The notes: a model not told the origin generated them from the letters alone. Counted from the first letter of the stretch, positions 48,306 to 63,464 are shown. The stretch is DNA of 64,000 nt from Callorhinchus milii (GCF_018977255.1 NW_024704812.1:124001-188000); one strand, 5' to 3'. A program made the numbers and translations.

Positions 48306-51300
48306 CTACTTCCTGGTGCCATTACGACGTAAATTGTGATAAATATCTTTTTGGTGCTTTCCAAGGTCCTGAAACACAATGCAGATCGGACAGACCATTA
48401 CTAACAACATTTTACACTGAACCTTTCACATCAGGAGGACGTCCCAAGGACCTGGACAGTCAGGGATTTGGATCTGAGCTGTGGGTTGGGATCAGGACGG
48501 GGTGGATGGTGGCGAGGTAGGGGTTAGGAAGGTGACCAGGTTGAAGAGGAAAGTCTTGTGACAGGCCTTGAAGGAGGTGAGGGAGTGATGGGGTGGGATG
48601 GAGGGACTGTGGGATGGAGTTCCAGAGGGTGGGGCAGAGTAACTGAAGGCCCAACCGATGGTGGGGCAGGTGAGGCGGGGGATGTGAAGCAGGCCGGAGC
48701 CCGCTGAGCAGAGAGAGCGGACAGGTTGTTAGGGGGTATGGGGAGCTGCAGAGTTAGTTCTGGATGATCTGCAGTTTGTAGAGGGAGGCGTTGGGGAGGC
48801 CGACAAGCAGGGAGGGGGCAAAGTCAAGCCTGTTTGTGGTGAACACATGGATGAGGGCCTCGGTGGCCTGCGGTGAGAGACAGTGGCGAAGCCGGGCAAT
48901 ATGGCGGAGGTGGGGAAGGCATATCAGGTCATGGCACGGATGAGGGGATGAAGGACAGTTTAGGGTCGTAAAGGACAGAGTTGGGACAGCAAGAGACTGA
49001 GCCGGGCTGACACACTGTCCGTGTCAGCCATTTGTTTCCTCACCATGTAAGGGCCTGAATCCTTCTGGGAGACATTGGCAGAGGAAGCCTAAAATATAAC
49101 CAAACACAGTTTAGCTATTCATTAGCAATGTCGTTAGCAGTAAATAATAATAACCATTGCATTTCATACAGTGCCTTATCACGTCTTCATAACATCTCAA
49201 AGCGCTTCACAGGATACAACAACAACAACAACAAGATTCCATTTATAAAGCGCCTTTCACGTCAGGAGGACGTCCCAAGCGCTGCACAGTTGGGTCATGA
49301 CCCGAGCAGGGGGGAAATGGTCAGGGTAAGGGGAGGGAAGGGAGGGAGCGAGGAGGGGGAAGAGAGTCGAGAGGGGAGCTGAAGGCTCGGTCAAAGAGAA
49401 AGGTTTTGAGACCGGCCTTGAAGGAGGAAAGGGAGGAAGCGGCGAAGGCACTGGGGGATAGAGTTCCAGAGCCTGGGGCTGAGAGGCTGAAGGCCCGACC
49501 ACCGATGGTAGGGCGATTGGGGCGGGGGACGTGGAGCAGACCGGAGCCAGAGGAACGGAGGGTACGGGCAGGTAGGTAGGGGGATAGTAGGTTGGAGAGG
49601 TAGGAGGGAGCAAGGCCGTGAATGGCCTTGTAGGTGAGGATGAGGATCTTGAAATCTTGATACACGGTAAAGAGTAGTGACTGTGTGGTTTCAAAAATAA
49701 TAATAATCGTTGCATTTGATACAGTGCCTTATCACGTCTTTGAGTCGTATCAAAGGGGAGTCAATTGCCTAAGGTTTTGCCCTGTCCGGGAAACAAAACC
49801 GGATCCTCTCGCTTGAGAGGCGAGGGCTCTAACCACTGAGCTACAGGACTGCACAGCACTTACTCTGACATCAATGGTCTCGTAGTATGGTTCACCCTCT
49901 GTCTCTTGCTGTGTTTTGGCTGGAAAATAAACAACAACTTGTTTATTCAAAGGCACAGCCTCTGATGGTGGGATGGAGGGAACGAGGGACAAATAGGAGG
50001 CCGGTGTGGGGGCGGTGGGGGGTGAGCAGGTCGGAGAGGTAGGGAGGTGCCAGGGCATGAAGGGGTTTGAAAACGAGTGAGAGGATCTTGAAATCGTAGA
50101 AAATCTTGAAAATATACAAGAGTTTGTACATTTGCTGAACCGGTGAACTTGGAGAGAAACGGAGAAGGAGGCACTGATAGAGAGACAGAGAGAGAGAGAG
50201 AGATTGGTAGTGAGAGATAGGGTTAAAGCCTGACAGAAAGACAAAGAGGGAGCGATTGAAAGAGAGAGGGGGAGATGGATGGATAGAGACTGATAGAGAG
50301 TGAGATGGAGGGTGATAGAGAGACAGGGGTAGAGGCTGATAGAAAGGAGAGGGTGAAATGGAGTGGGAGAGACTGATAGAGAGAGAGAGAAAGATGGAGG
50401 GGGAGAGACTGATGGAGGAAGAGTGAGACGGAGAGGGTAGAGACTGATTGAGTTTGTGATGGAGGTGGATAGAGACTAATAGAGGGAGTGTGAGACAGAG
50501 GGGAAGAGACTGACAGAGTGAGATAAAGAGGGAGAGACTGAAAGTGAGAGAGAGTGAGACGGAGGAGGAGTGATTGATAGCGAGAGGGGGAGATGGATGG
50601 ATAGAGACTGACAGAGAGTGAGATGGAGGGTGATAGAGAGAGAGGGGTAGAAACTGATAGAAAAGAGTGGGTGAAATGGAGAGGGAGAGACTGAGAGTGA
50701 TGGAGGGTGACAGAGAGAAGGGGTAGAGACTGATAGAAAAGAGAGGGTGAAATGGAGGGGGAGAGGCTGATAGAGAGAGAGACAAAGTGGGAGAGACTGA
50801 TAGTGAAAGAGAGTGAGATGGAGGGGCTAGAGACAGATAGAGAGAGACGGAGGGGTAGAGACTGGCAGAGAGAGAGGACAGTGAGAGGGTGAGTGGCTGA
50901 GGGGGTCTGGACTGGTATATAAACAACAGAACATGAAGGTGAAAGGTTTTCCTGTGTATATACGGCCTCACCTTCCTTACGTTTCCTGTAAACGTACACC
51001 ACAGCGAGTGTTGCAATGACCACCACAGCCACAGCCCCCACTATTGTCCCCACTATCAGGGCCACATTCACTGCGGAGAGAAACACCTTCACTGTCTCTC
51101 TATTAGATTATACTCTCGTAACACAGAGACCACAGCACAGACCTCATGTAAATCATAGCAATCCTCGCATTTGATACAGCGCCTTATCACGTTGTTGTAA
51201 AGTGTAGTAACTGTGTATTTTGTGGGCGGAACACAGCAGCCAATTGCGCACAGCGGTGACCCACAAACAGTCGTGGATTGATTGACCAGATTTTTTGTTT

Positions 51301-51416
51301 TTTTGGAGGGATTATGACCCCAGAAAGTGAACCGTCAATTGACTAACAGCGGGTTCCTACCTTCTGCTGATAAACAGAGGTGCACATCTGTGTGTGTATG
51401 TGTGTCTATGTGTGTC

Positions 51417-51450
<34 letters not shown>

Positions 51451-54400
51451 TGTGGGTGTGTGTCTGTGTGTGTGTCAAAATATCATAACTTACCTCCGCC
51501 TTTCAAAGTCACGTCAAATTGGAAGAAGTTCTCTCCCATTGCGTTAGTGACACGGCATTGATATGTGCCCTGATCGGTTGCCTGGAATTTACTGATGAGC
51601 AGTTTAGAGAAGGTTAGTCCTGAGGTGATGTTGAACTTGTCGTCAGAGCCAGTGATGGAGTTGTCTTCCTTCGACCATGTAAAGTGTGCGGGCAGCAGGC
51701 CAGGGTCTGACACCCGCACTGTGTCTGTCAGTGACACGTCTAAGGTCACATCTGCCTCCTTCCCCACTTCCACCTGAGGCTCAGACCCTGACGCTCTCTG
51801 GGGTTTATCTGTGTAACAGCACAGACAGTGTTCAGCAAAACAGCAACACAGTCACCCCAACAGTCAGTAGGAATAATAATAATCCTCCTGTTTGATACAG
51901 CGCCTTATCACGCCATCGAGACATCTTAAATCCCATCTAAAGACCTTCCTCTTCGACCAACCGCACATTCAGCCACCCTCCCACCCCAAAACCCACCCCC
52001 CTGTCCCACCCCTCCTGCCCCACTCCCAGCTCAGGTCCAAAAACCCTGACTGTGCAGCGTCCTGGAACATCTTTGCGACGTGAAGGGCGCTATACAAGTG
52101 TAATTTGTCATCGTTGTTGCTGTTCAGCCCTCAAGTCCTCACCAATAACTATAGAGCATTGACTGTCAGAGACAACATGGCGTCCAACACATGTGAAGAT
52201 CTCTCGGGAGCTGAGCTGATCCTTTGTGATGGTGACATTCCCCTCGTTTGTCGCATTGACAATCGTCTGTCCGACCTTCAGCTGAAGGACAGAGTCTGGC
52301 ACCCCACCAGCCCAGGAGCACATCAACACCAATGCTGTTCCTTTATCTGCTGCTCCGCATGTGATCTGCTGTGTGGGAGCCCCTTGAACAAGGCAAAGAC
52401 AAACAGTCCAGTTATTGGCTCCACCTTGAGTTGTCCCCACCCTCGCCCGGCTCCACTGGCTCCCCATCCCTCAGAGGATACTGTTCAAGATCCTGGTGCT
52501 CAGCTTTAAAGCCCTCCATGGCCTCACTCCTCCCTCCCTACCTCTGTGACCTCCTAATCCCTGACCAACCGGTCCGCTCCCTCTGCTTAGCGGGCTCCGG
52601 CCTGCTCCATGTTCCCCGCCCGCCCATCCCCTTCAGCCTCTCTGACCCACCCTCTGAAACTCCCACAATCCCTCTGCCACGCCTCCCTCACCTCCTTCGA
52701 AACCTATCTCAAGATCCTCCTCTTCGACAGACCGTGCCTTCGGTCACCCTCCTACACCCATCTCCCTGCCCTCCAACCCTCCTGATAGCAACCCCAGCTC
52801 AGATGTGGGTCCCTGACTGTCCAGCGCCTTGAGACATCCTCCTGACGTGAAAGCCACTGTGTAAATGCCATGTGTTGTTATTTAGACAGTGCCAATTTTG
52901 ACTGAGATCTAACTCACTGTACACGAGGATTGAAACCTTCTCCGTGTGGCTAATCGTGGTGTAATCATTCTTCACATTGCAAGTGTAATCCCCGCTGTTG
53001 TTGAACGTGAGGCTCTCTATAGGCAGCTGTGAGGTGTTGCCGGCAATGACTGTGGTGTTATGTGTCCACCTGTAGTTACACTCTGGGAAACATTTCGTCT
53101 GACAGTTGAGCGTCACTAAATCTCCCTCCTTCCCACAGTACTGTCCTGGGACCAAACTGTCACATATCACCTGCCCACTCATATATACTGTGGGTGGATC
53201 AGGGCCATCTGAAAGAAAAACATTAAGTGATGACATAGATAGATAAATGGGTGGCAGATGATAGTGTGAGAGAAACAGCCTTTTTACATGTATCACAGAC
53301 CTCCGACTGTTTGTGGGTCCCTCCTGTGCGCAATTGGCTGCCGTCCCCCGACCCACCCACCCCACCATTGGCGGGAGAGCTTCAGCCACTCTGCCCCCAA
53401 CCTCTGGAATCCTATCCCCCAGTCATTCCGCTTCACGCCCTCCTTAGCCTCCTTCAAGTCACGCCTCAAGACCCTCCTCTTCGACCATGCCATCGGCCAT
53501 CCCCTTCCCCGCCCCTCCCTTCTCCCCCCGTGACTCCAGCTCGGGTCTGAAATGCTGTCACTGTCCAGTGCCTTGGGACATCCTCCCGATGTGAAACACG
53601 CTATACAAATGTAATCCTGTTGTTGTTGTTGTGTTTTCATCCATAAAATATACAGTCAATTTCACTTTACAGTATATTCCTGTGAAGTGATTTGAGACGT
53701 GAGGAGGTGTTTTTTTTGGAGGGGTTAATACATTCGGAAAAGTGATCTGGCAATCGACTAACAAGGGTTCCCGCTTACTGTTAGGTAACAACAAAATACA
53801 ACAACAATAATATTACATTTATAGGGCGTCCTTAACGTCGGGAGGACGTCCCAAGACATTGGCGCTGCTAACAGTGGGGTGTATGTGTGTGGGGGGGTGG
53901 GGGTGGGGCGAGTGTTGGGTGGAGTAATGTACCTGCCTAAGCTTTCGTCCTGACCTGCGCGGGAATCAAACTCAGGTCCTCTCCGCTTGATAAAGGCGAT
54001 ATATCAAGTGCAAGAATGAATTATTATTCTGATGATCATGACTATGATCATTATTATTGTTATTATCTTTACTGTTATTGGCAGCTCAGGTCACGTGAGG
54101 CTGACTTTGGGTCATGGAGTTTAAAGCGAGTCGGGTTCCTGCTCCTGGTCCTAAACTCCCTCTCGGGCTCAAGTGTGGGTGTTGCAGTCTGGTGGGGAGA
54201 TTAGGTTTGTCTGTGGGGCCCTCTACAGTCAAGTGGCCGATTGACACTCAGATAGTGATGGGATCTTTAACCTGAACAGGCAGATAGTTTAACGTCTCAT
54301 CCAAACAGCGGCTCTTTAATGATAATAACAATAGTGGAGTCCTGTTGCTCAGTGGTTAGAGCATTTGCCTCGTAAGTGAAGTTGAATTCAATTCCCATCA

Positions 54401-57400
54401 GGGTGCGAATGCTTGGGCAAGTTTCCTTACTCCACACGCCTGATAATAAACCCTCCAGAAAGAAACTAATAGTAAATTGGTCACTTCAATCCACGGCTGT
54501 TTTGGGACGACGCTGTGTGCAATTGTGTTTCACCCACAAATATACAGTCAATTCACTTTACAATATATTCTGTGAAGCATTTTGAGATTCTCAAAGACGT
54601 AAAGAGCGCGGCATCAAATGAAAGGTTTATTATATTATTTATAGGGCAAAACATTGGGCAAGTTTCCTTACTCCGCACGCCTCTGTTTACCTCGCAGTGT
54701 GTGGGGACCCAGTTGTTAGTCGACTGATGGATCGCTTTTCCGAGGGTAAAAATTCCTTCAAAAATAATATTAATGAATTGGTCCCTGAATCCCCAACTGT
54801 TTGTGGGACACTGCTGTGTGCAATTGGTTGACATTTTATGGAGTGGTTATTACCTCCAGAAAGTGATCCGGCAATGAACTGACAAGTAGGTTCCCACTTA
54901 CTGCAGGTCAGCAGAGCCATGTCTATGTGTGTTTCTATGAGTGGAGGAAGGACTATATGAGTTCCAAGTACTGACGTGAGGCTTGAACCCACAACCTTCT
55001 GCTTATAGAGAGCTGAGCCAGGCTGGAACAAGTAGGGATATACGTGGGCCAACTGCACTGTCCTGTTCAGCTCACGTTGATCTGGTTTTAACACACACAG
55101 CAAATATACTCACAAGTTATCACCAGCTTCACTGGTTTGCTGCTGTCACTGTTCACCGGGTTACTGGCGTGCAGATAAACCCTCCACTGTCGTTCCTGTG
55201 TACGGGGCTGATTGTCAGAGTGCTATTAGCTGCAGACAGTGTGTAACGTGGGGTTACAGGTAACGGGTGTCCACCAGTGCCCAGGAATAGGTGGGGAACA
55301 ATCCCATCGCTTGTACACCTCAATGTCGTTGTGTTTTATTCTCGATAAATATCTCCTTGTCTGGACTCAGGCTGATGCTCACATTGGACAGCAGAGCTGT
55401 AAGATAAAGTGTTTCATTTCATCCGGATTTACTTTACTTAACACAAAGCTGTTCTGCTTCAGTTCAAGATCCTGGTCCTCACCTTGAATGTCCTCTACAA
55501 CCTCACTCCTCTTCCTTACCTCCGCTCCCTCTGCTCAGCGGGCTCCGGCCTGCTTCATGCCCCCGCCCACCTGCCCCACCATCAGCGGTTGGGCCTTCAG
55601 CCTCTCTGCCCCAATCCACGACTGTTTGTGGGACACTGCTGTGTGCAATTGGCTGCAGAGTTTCGCCCACAAAATAGACCGGCAATTCACTTTACAGTAT
55701 ATCGTCCCAAAATACATCACTTTGCACTTCTCCACATTAAACTTCATCATGTCTGCCCATGTTACCAGTCTGTCTATGTCCTCTTGCAGTCTGTTACTAA
55801 CCTCCTCACTATTTACTACTTTTCCAGCCTAGTATCATGTGTGTGGCTCCTGATCTCACACACACTAAACTCTGTACCCCAGTCCTGCCCAGGCTCCAAA
55901 CTTGGAATTTGCCAAGGCTGCAGACGTGGAAATTGTGCTCCCTATACCCAAGGCCATCTTAAAGACCTATCTCAAGGCCCTCCTCTTCGACCGACCATGC
56001 CTTCAGTCATCCTCCTATCCCGACCCTCCCCACCCTCCACCCCTCCTGATCCCAATCCACAGCTCGGGTGCAGATCCCTGACTGTCCTCCTGACGTGAAA
56101 ACCACTGTGTAAATGTCATGTATTGTTTACACCATGACATTTTTGACTGAGATCTAACTCACTGTACACGAGGATTGAAACCTTCTCCGTGCGGCTAATC
56201 GTGGTGTAATCATTCTTCACATTGCAAGTGTAATCCCCGCTGTTGTTGAACGTGAGGCTCTCTATAGGCAGCTGTGAGGTGTTGCCGGCAATGACTGTGG
56301 TGTTATGTGTCCACCTGTAGTTACACTCTGGGAAACATTTCGTCTGACAGTTGAGGGTCATCAAATCTCCCTCCTTCCCACAGTACTGTCCTGGGACCAA
56401 ACTGTCACATATCACCTGCCCACTCACAATAAAGGTGAGTGGATCAGGGCCATCTGAAAGAAAAAGCATTAAACTATGACATAGATAGATAAATGGATGG
56501 CAGATGATAGTGTGAGAGAAACAGTCTTTTTACATGTATCACAGACCTCTGACTGTTTGTGGTTCGCTGCTGTGTGCAATTGGCTGCTGCGTTTTGCTCA
56601 TAACATATACAGTCAATTCACTTTACAGTGTATTCTGTGAAGCGTTTCAGTCGTCTTGAAGACGTGAAAAGCGCTGTATCAAATGCAAGGATTATTATAT
56701 TATTGATAGAGAAAAACGTCGGCCAAGTTTCCCTCCTCCCAAACACACCGTCTGTTTACTGAGCAGTAATTAGGAACCCGGTTATTAGTCGATTGGTGGA
56801 ATCAAACCAAAGTCTCTCACTTGCGAGGTGAGGGCTCCAACCACGACAGGACCCCACTGTTTGTTTCTCTATTCACAGCATCAAACCCCAATGTAGAATA
56901 TTCCAGCATTGCATTGGCGCTTCAGTCTGGACTACATGAGTTCCAAGTACTGACGTGAGGCCACAACCTTCTGACTTATAGAGAGCTGAGCCAGGCTGGA
57001 ACAAGTAGGGATATACGTGGGCCAACTGCACTGTCCTGTTCAGCTCACGTTGATCTGGTTTTAACACAACAGCAAATATACTCACAAGTTATCACCAGCT
57101 TCACTGGTTTACTGCTGTCACTGCCCACCAGGTACTGGCCGTGCAGATAAACCCTCCACTGTCGCTCCTGTGTACGGGGCTGATTGTCAGAGTGCTATTA
57201 TCTGCAGACAGTGTGTAACGTGGGGTTACAGGTAACGGGTTTCCATCCAGTGCCCAGGAATAGGTGGGGAACGATCCCATCGCTGTACATCTTAGTGTCA
57301 CTGTGTCTTTATTCTCGATAAATATCTCCTTGTCTGGACTCAGGCTGATGCTCACATTGGACACCGGAGCTGTAAGATAACGCATTTCATTTCATTCAGA

Positions 57401-59832
57401 AACTTGTTCAATTCACTTCACTGACACAGACTGTTCAGAGTCACTTTGCTGAACCCTACACTTTATTTCTGACGCTGTTTGTTATGATTCACTGTTTATT
57501 CAGGTCTCAGTCTGGCTCATTTGGTAGCACAATTTTATGGTTTAAAGTCACACTCTGGGAGCTCACAGTCCAGGTTTATTGGCTTAATGAATGAGATGAA
57601 ATGGGCCCTTTACTGCAGTCTATCAGGAAGGCAGAGCAAGTGTGTCTCTGCTCCTCTCTCTCTCCTCCTCTCTCCCCCACCACCCACTCCCCAACCCCAC
57701 TCTCTCATTCCCTCTCTCCCCTCTCACTCTTCCCGACCTTGCCTCTCTTTCCCACTCTCTCCCCCTTCTATTTCCCCTCTCCCTCCCCTTCTCTCCCCCC
57801 CCCTCTCTCCCCTCTCCCTTCCCCTCTCTCCCCTTATCTTTCATGCCTCCCTCTTCTCCTCTCTCTCTCCCCCTCTCTCTCCCAATCTCTCTCCCAATCT
57901 GCAGTGGTAGGAGCCCAAGGACACAGTTGGTAAGAGACTCATTTGCCTTCCTGACAGACTGCAGTAAAGGCTCTGCTCGCTCGGATTCTCCCAAACGGCT
58001 CCTGCCACTGCCCTGTGAGGACGTTCACCAGGGAGGGAGGGAGGGGTGGGGGAGTGGAAGTTGGAACATTGCAAATGGTCGCCGGCCGCACAAAATCACC
58101 TCCGGGCAGCTGACAGCCCATGTACCGCCTGTTGGACCACACTGAGCTGAATGAATGAAATGAAATTGGTCCGGGGGCCATCACACCCTCCTGTTTGCCC
58201 CTCGGCCCCTTCCGCTCCATCATCGGTGGCTGTATTTTCAGCTGTTACGCCCTGAAAGTCTGTCACTCTCTCCCTGTCAATCCCTCCGTCTCCCCCTCTC
58301 GTTCCCCACCTTCAAATCCCACCTAATATCCTTCCTTTTTGATTGGTTTACCGTCACCTCCCCCTCTCCTCTCCACCGGCTCGGGTCAGATTCTGCCCTA
58401 TCAAGTGCTCTCGGACGCTACCCCACGTGAGGGATGTGGTGTAAATGTAAGTTTGTTGTTTGTTTACTCACTGTGAACACGCAGTTGTAAAGCTGCTGTG
58501 AGCTGATCCGTGGTTTAATTCAAACACAGTCACTGAGTACGAACCGGAATCAGCCGGAGTCACTGTGTCCAGACGTAGAGTGGCATTGTTGGGGTAAAGC
58601 TCAGCCCGACCCTGGTAGTCTCCATAGTACTTCACTGTTGTTCCCTGTGCTGCTGCGATTGTGGAGCTGGTGTTGACTGTCCATGTTATAGTAAAACTTC
58701 CCTGTTCACTGGGCATTACCAGGAAGTACACAGATTGTCCGGCTGTGGCTTCTATGTGACTCTCAGTGACGGTCAGACTGAAAGCTCCCACCTGCTCTGT
58801 AACACAACACACACAACAGTCAATCTCCAGGAATCTCACAATATAAAAATAATAATATTAATAATAATCCTGCAGTTATTGTTCAACATCGTCTCGCAAG
58901 TGAGGAGACCCAGATTTGATCCCCGGGCGGAAGGGCGAAACGTTGGGCAGTTTCCTTACTTCACACACACGCCTCTGTTTCTTCGCAGTAAGTAGGAACC
59001 CGGTTGTTAACCGATTAGAGGCTTTTCGGGATAACAATTCCTTCAAAAAAGTAATAAATTGATGACTCAAACCATGACTGTTTGCGGGCACTACAGTGCA
59101 CACTGTATAAATGGAATGATTATTAATAGTATATAATATCTTGCATTTCATATAGTGCCTTATCACGTCTTTGAGACGTCTGAAAGCGCTTCACGGGTGT
59201 ACTGTAAATTGAATTATTGTATATTTTGTGGGTGAAACTTGGCAGCCAATTGTGCACAACAGTCCCACAAAGAGCCGTGGATTGAGTGACCTTTTTTTAT
59301 TTTGAAGGATTATTATCCCCAGAGAAGCGATCTGCCAATCGACCAACAAGTGGTTCCTACTTATTGTTCGGTAAATAGAGGCGCGTGTGTGTGGAGTAAG
59401 GAAACTTGCCCAACCTCTCGCCCTGTGCCGCCCGGGAATCAAACCCAGGACTCTCACTTGCGAGGCGAGTGCTCCAACCACTGAGCTACAGGACTCCACA
59501 ATTCAGAACAATTCTGTGGAAACACGACCTCAGTGAGAGAGTGGGAAACGGATCCCGAAGGAGACAGACGGCGGAAGCAGAAAATGTCATTTATTTCAAG
59601 ATCAAATTGGATAGATTTCTGCAAGAAAATAATATCTCAGGATACAGTATATAGACACACACACACAGACACACAGTATATAGTTTGGGACACGACATGT
59701 GTAGCGACTGCCAGGACGGTGGAGATGAACGAGATGGACCTTTGCTTATGTTGTTACCAGTAACTCACCCAAATTAGTGACCAGAATGAGCAGAGCAGCC
59801 ACCAACATCCTCGCGGCTGGAAACCACCACAT
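48306..59832 (-). CDS. Copy D: CEACAM/VSIG10L-like ITAM receptor, 7 Ig domains; V, A1 and A2 frameshifted as assembled
   Basis: Exons: leader 59832-59769; V 58796-58472 (+1); A1 57369-57086 (-1); B1 56453-56163; A2 55396-55114 (net -2); B2 53208-52918; C 52382-52143; D 51808-51494; TM 51070-50972; cyt1 49919-49864; cyt2 49088-49044; cyt3 48368-48306. Nearly identical to copy C. Confidence 0.8.
49219..49658 (-). mobile_element. Same young L2 insertion in copy D
   Basis: Same junctions and GATACA repeats (49213-49218, 49659-49664). Confidence 0.9.
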
Positions 59833-59960
59833 ATACACGTTAGGGAGAGAGACAGAGACAAACTGAATATGGGCTGTCACCTGAACGCAGGGCAGAGTCT
59901 GCTGTTAATCATTACTGTTACTGTAGGGGACCCTGACACTGGCTCTAATGGCACCCGGTG

Positions 59961-60020
59961 CACTTTCACTTTGTCAGGAATTAATATGTTAATTTATGAG
60001 ATGAATAGTTTTGCTTCCTG
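59961..60020 (-). promoter_or_regulatory. Putative IRF-E/ETS promoter of copy D
   Basis: cactttcacttt at 59961-59972; gcttcctg near 60013-60020. Confidence 0.5.
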
Positions 60021-63000
60021 TAAGACACACTTTACGCCCTCACTATTTTTAATATTATAATAATCCTTGCGTTTGACGCAGTGCGTTATCACGTCTTTGA
60101 GACTTTTCAAAGCGCTTCACAGAATACACTGTGAATTGTAGTGACTGTGTGTTTGTGGCGAAACGCAGCAGCTAATTGCGCACAGCAATGTTCCACAAAC
60201 TATATGACCCAATAGTTAACTTTTTTTTTAATAATCCTGCATTTGATACGGTGCCTTATCACATCTTCGAGATGCCTCAAAGCGCTTCATAGGATACGCT
60301 GTAAAGTGGAGTGACTGTGTGTTTTGGCGGCTGAAACATGGCAGCCAATTGCACACAGCGACGTCTCCACAAACAGTTGTGGATTGAGTGACCACATTAT
60401 TGTTATTTTTTTGAAGTTATTATTACCCCCAGAAACGCATTCCGCCAATCGACTGACGAACGGGTTCCTACTGACTGCTGGTAAACAGGGACGCGAGTAA
60501 AAAGTGTGTGTGTGTGGGGTAAGGAAACTTGCTTAAGGTTTTGCCCTGACACACCTTGGAATCGAACCCAGATCCGTTCGCTTGCGAGGCGAGCGCTCTA
60601 ACCCCTGAGCTACAGGGACTCCACAAGATACTCACTGAGACACAAGTTTAGTGTGTGTTTTGTGATGTGTTCAGTGACTGTTTAGGGATGTGTTCAGGGT
60701 CATGTTTCGTTACCCCATCACCCCCATCTTCGTTCGACTCCACTGACTCCCCATCACTGAGAGGGTACAGTTCAAGCTCCTGGTCCTCACCTTTAAAGCC
60801 CTCCATGGCCTCACTCCCCCCCACCTCTGTGAACTCCTAACTCACCCCCTCCCAACCTGTCCACTCTCTCCACTCAGTAGCCTCCGGCCGGCTTCACATC
60901 TCCCACCGATTGGCTGTCGGGCCTTCAGCCTCTCCACCCCCTCCATCGCCTCCTTCAAGGCCAGTTTCAACACCTTCCTCTTCGACCATCACATCTTTGG
61001 TCACTGTCCTACCTTCCCCCTCCCCGTCCTCTACCCTTCCTGATCCCAACCCCCATCCTGGGTATAAACCTCTGACTGTCCAGCGCCTTGGGACGTCCTC
61101 CTGACATGAACATAATAATCATTGCATTTGATATCGCGCCTTATCATGTCGTCGTGACATCTCATTCATAGAACAGACTGTAGAGTGGAGTGACTGTGTA
61201 TTTTGTAGCCAAAACATGGCAACCAATTATCATGTCATTGAAGTGGCTCAAAGAGCTTAGCAGGATATGCTACTGTAAAGTGTAGTGACTGTGTGTTCAG
61301 TGACTGCGTAGTGACTGTCAGGGTTAGTGTGCACCCCACCACACTCCTAACCTCTGACACAAGATGGAATTATTGCGGTCAAACCAAAGGAATTTTATTA
61401 CCAGAACAAGATAACAAGAGAGAAATGTGGAGAGACGAGAGAAGCTCAGATTGTTCTCCTTAGAGCAAGAGGAGGATAGGGGAGATCTAATATAGGTGTT
61501 CAAAATGATGAGGGGTTTGATAGAGTAAATAGGGAGAAACTGTTTCAACTGGTGTGTGGGTCAGTAACGGGAGAACATAGATTTAATATAATTGGGAAAA
61601 GAACCAGAGGGGAGACGAGGGGACATTTACGCAGCGATTTGTCATGGTCTGGAACGCACTGCCGGAAAGGCTTATGAAATCAGATTCCATAGTAGCTTTC
61701 AAAAGCGAATTGGACAGGGACTTGAAAAGGAAAATATGCAGAGATACGGGGTAGGAGCGGGGGAGTGGGACTGATTGGGCAGCTCTTTCAAAGAACCGGC
61801 ACAGACACGATGGGCCGAATGGCCTCCGCCTGTGTTGTAAGATTCTGTGATTCTACAACAATAATAATAATCCTTGCATTTGATATAGCGCCGTAACACG
61901 TCTTTGGGATCTCAGAGCTCTTCACAGAATATACTGTGAAGTGAATTGACTGTATATTTGTGGGCGAAACGCGGGAGCCAATTGCGCACAGCAGTGTCCC
62001 AAAGATAGTCGTGGGTAGAAGTAGCCAATATATTATTTTTTTTGTAAGGATTATTACCCCCAGAAAAGCAATCCACCAGTCGACTAACAACCGTATTCTT
62101 ACTTACTGCAGTGTAAACAGAGGCGTGTGCGTGTGAAATAAGGACATTATGCCCCGACGCGCCCAGGAATCCAACAAAGGTCCTCTCGCTTGTGAGGCGA
62201 GTGCTGTAACCACTGAGCTGCAGGACTCCAACGATAAAACCCCTGACAGGTAAACCACCCGGAGCTCAGTGACCTGTGAGTTAGGAATGTCTGGAGTTAA
62301 TTGCTGAACAGCTCAAAGGTTTCAGTTGTTTTGAAGCAGTGATTTCATGTGGAAGTGAAAGCCATTGTAAGATTAGCTCACTCATAAAGCTGGCTCGTGG
62401 CCTCAGATTCCTGTACCTTGCCTGCAGCTGGCTGGGATAATAATGGTAATAACAACAATAATAATAATCCTTACATCTTCTGGACGTCTCAAAGCGCTTC
62501 ACAGAATAGTGAATCGACTGCATAAATTTGTGGGGGAAATGCGGAGGCCAATTACGCACAGCAGTGTCCCACAAACAGTCGTGGATTGAAATGACCAATT
62601 TATTATTGTTTTTTTGAGGGATTATTATCAGGGTGTGGAGTAAGGAAACTTGTCTAAGGCCTCGCCCGGCCGGGAATCAAACTCAGGTCTCTAACTAATA
62701 ATAGTAGAAATAGTAATAATAGTAATTCTTGCAAAAAAGATAAATTGGTCACTTCAATCCACTATTTGTGGGACACCTCTGTGCAATTAATTGGCTGTTG
62801 ACTAACAAGTGAGGTCCTACATTCTGCTTGGTAAACAGAGGCGCGCGCTCGCGTGTGTGTGTGTTTGTCTGTGTGTGCATGTCTGTGTGTGTGTGTATGT
62901 CTGTGTGTGTGCGTTTCTGTGAGTATGTGTGTGTGAGTCTGTGTCTGCGTATGTGTGTGTGGAGTAAGGAAACTTGCCCTACGTTTCACCCTGAATACTG

Positions 63001-63464
63001 AACTCCTGATAAATAACATTAACTTCTCAGTGAGCCGATAAGTCACAACAACAACAACTTGTATTTACACAGCGCCCTTTACGAGGGTAGCGTCTCGGAG
63101 TGGTGGAGCCTGACGCAGAGCCAGGTGGAGGGGAGAGACAGGCAGAAGGTGACCGTGAGCATGGTCAAAGAGAAAGATTTTCAGTCGTGATCTAAAAGAG
63201 GGGGAAGGATAGGAGAGGGGAGGAAAGGGGGAAAGGCGGAGTGATCGGGGGAGAGAACTCCACAAAGTCTGACAATACGACCCCCCATGATGGATCAGAG
63301 GGCACGAGGGACACGCAGGAGGCCAGAGGCAGCCGAGAGGAGGCAGCGGCTAGTGGGTTGGGGGGGTCAGCAGGTCGGAGAGAGAGGTAGGGAGGTGCCG
63401 GAGCCTGAAGGGATTTGTAGATGATTGAAAGGATCTTGAAATCGATCTACGTTGTCACAGCTAT

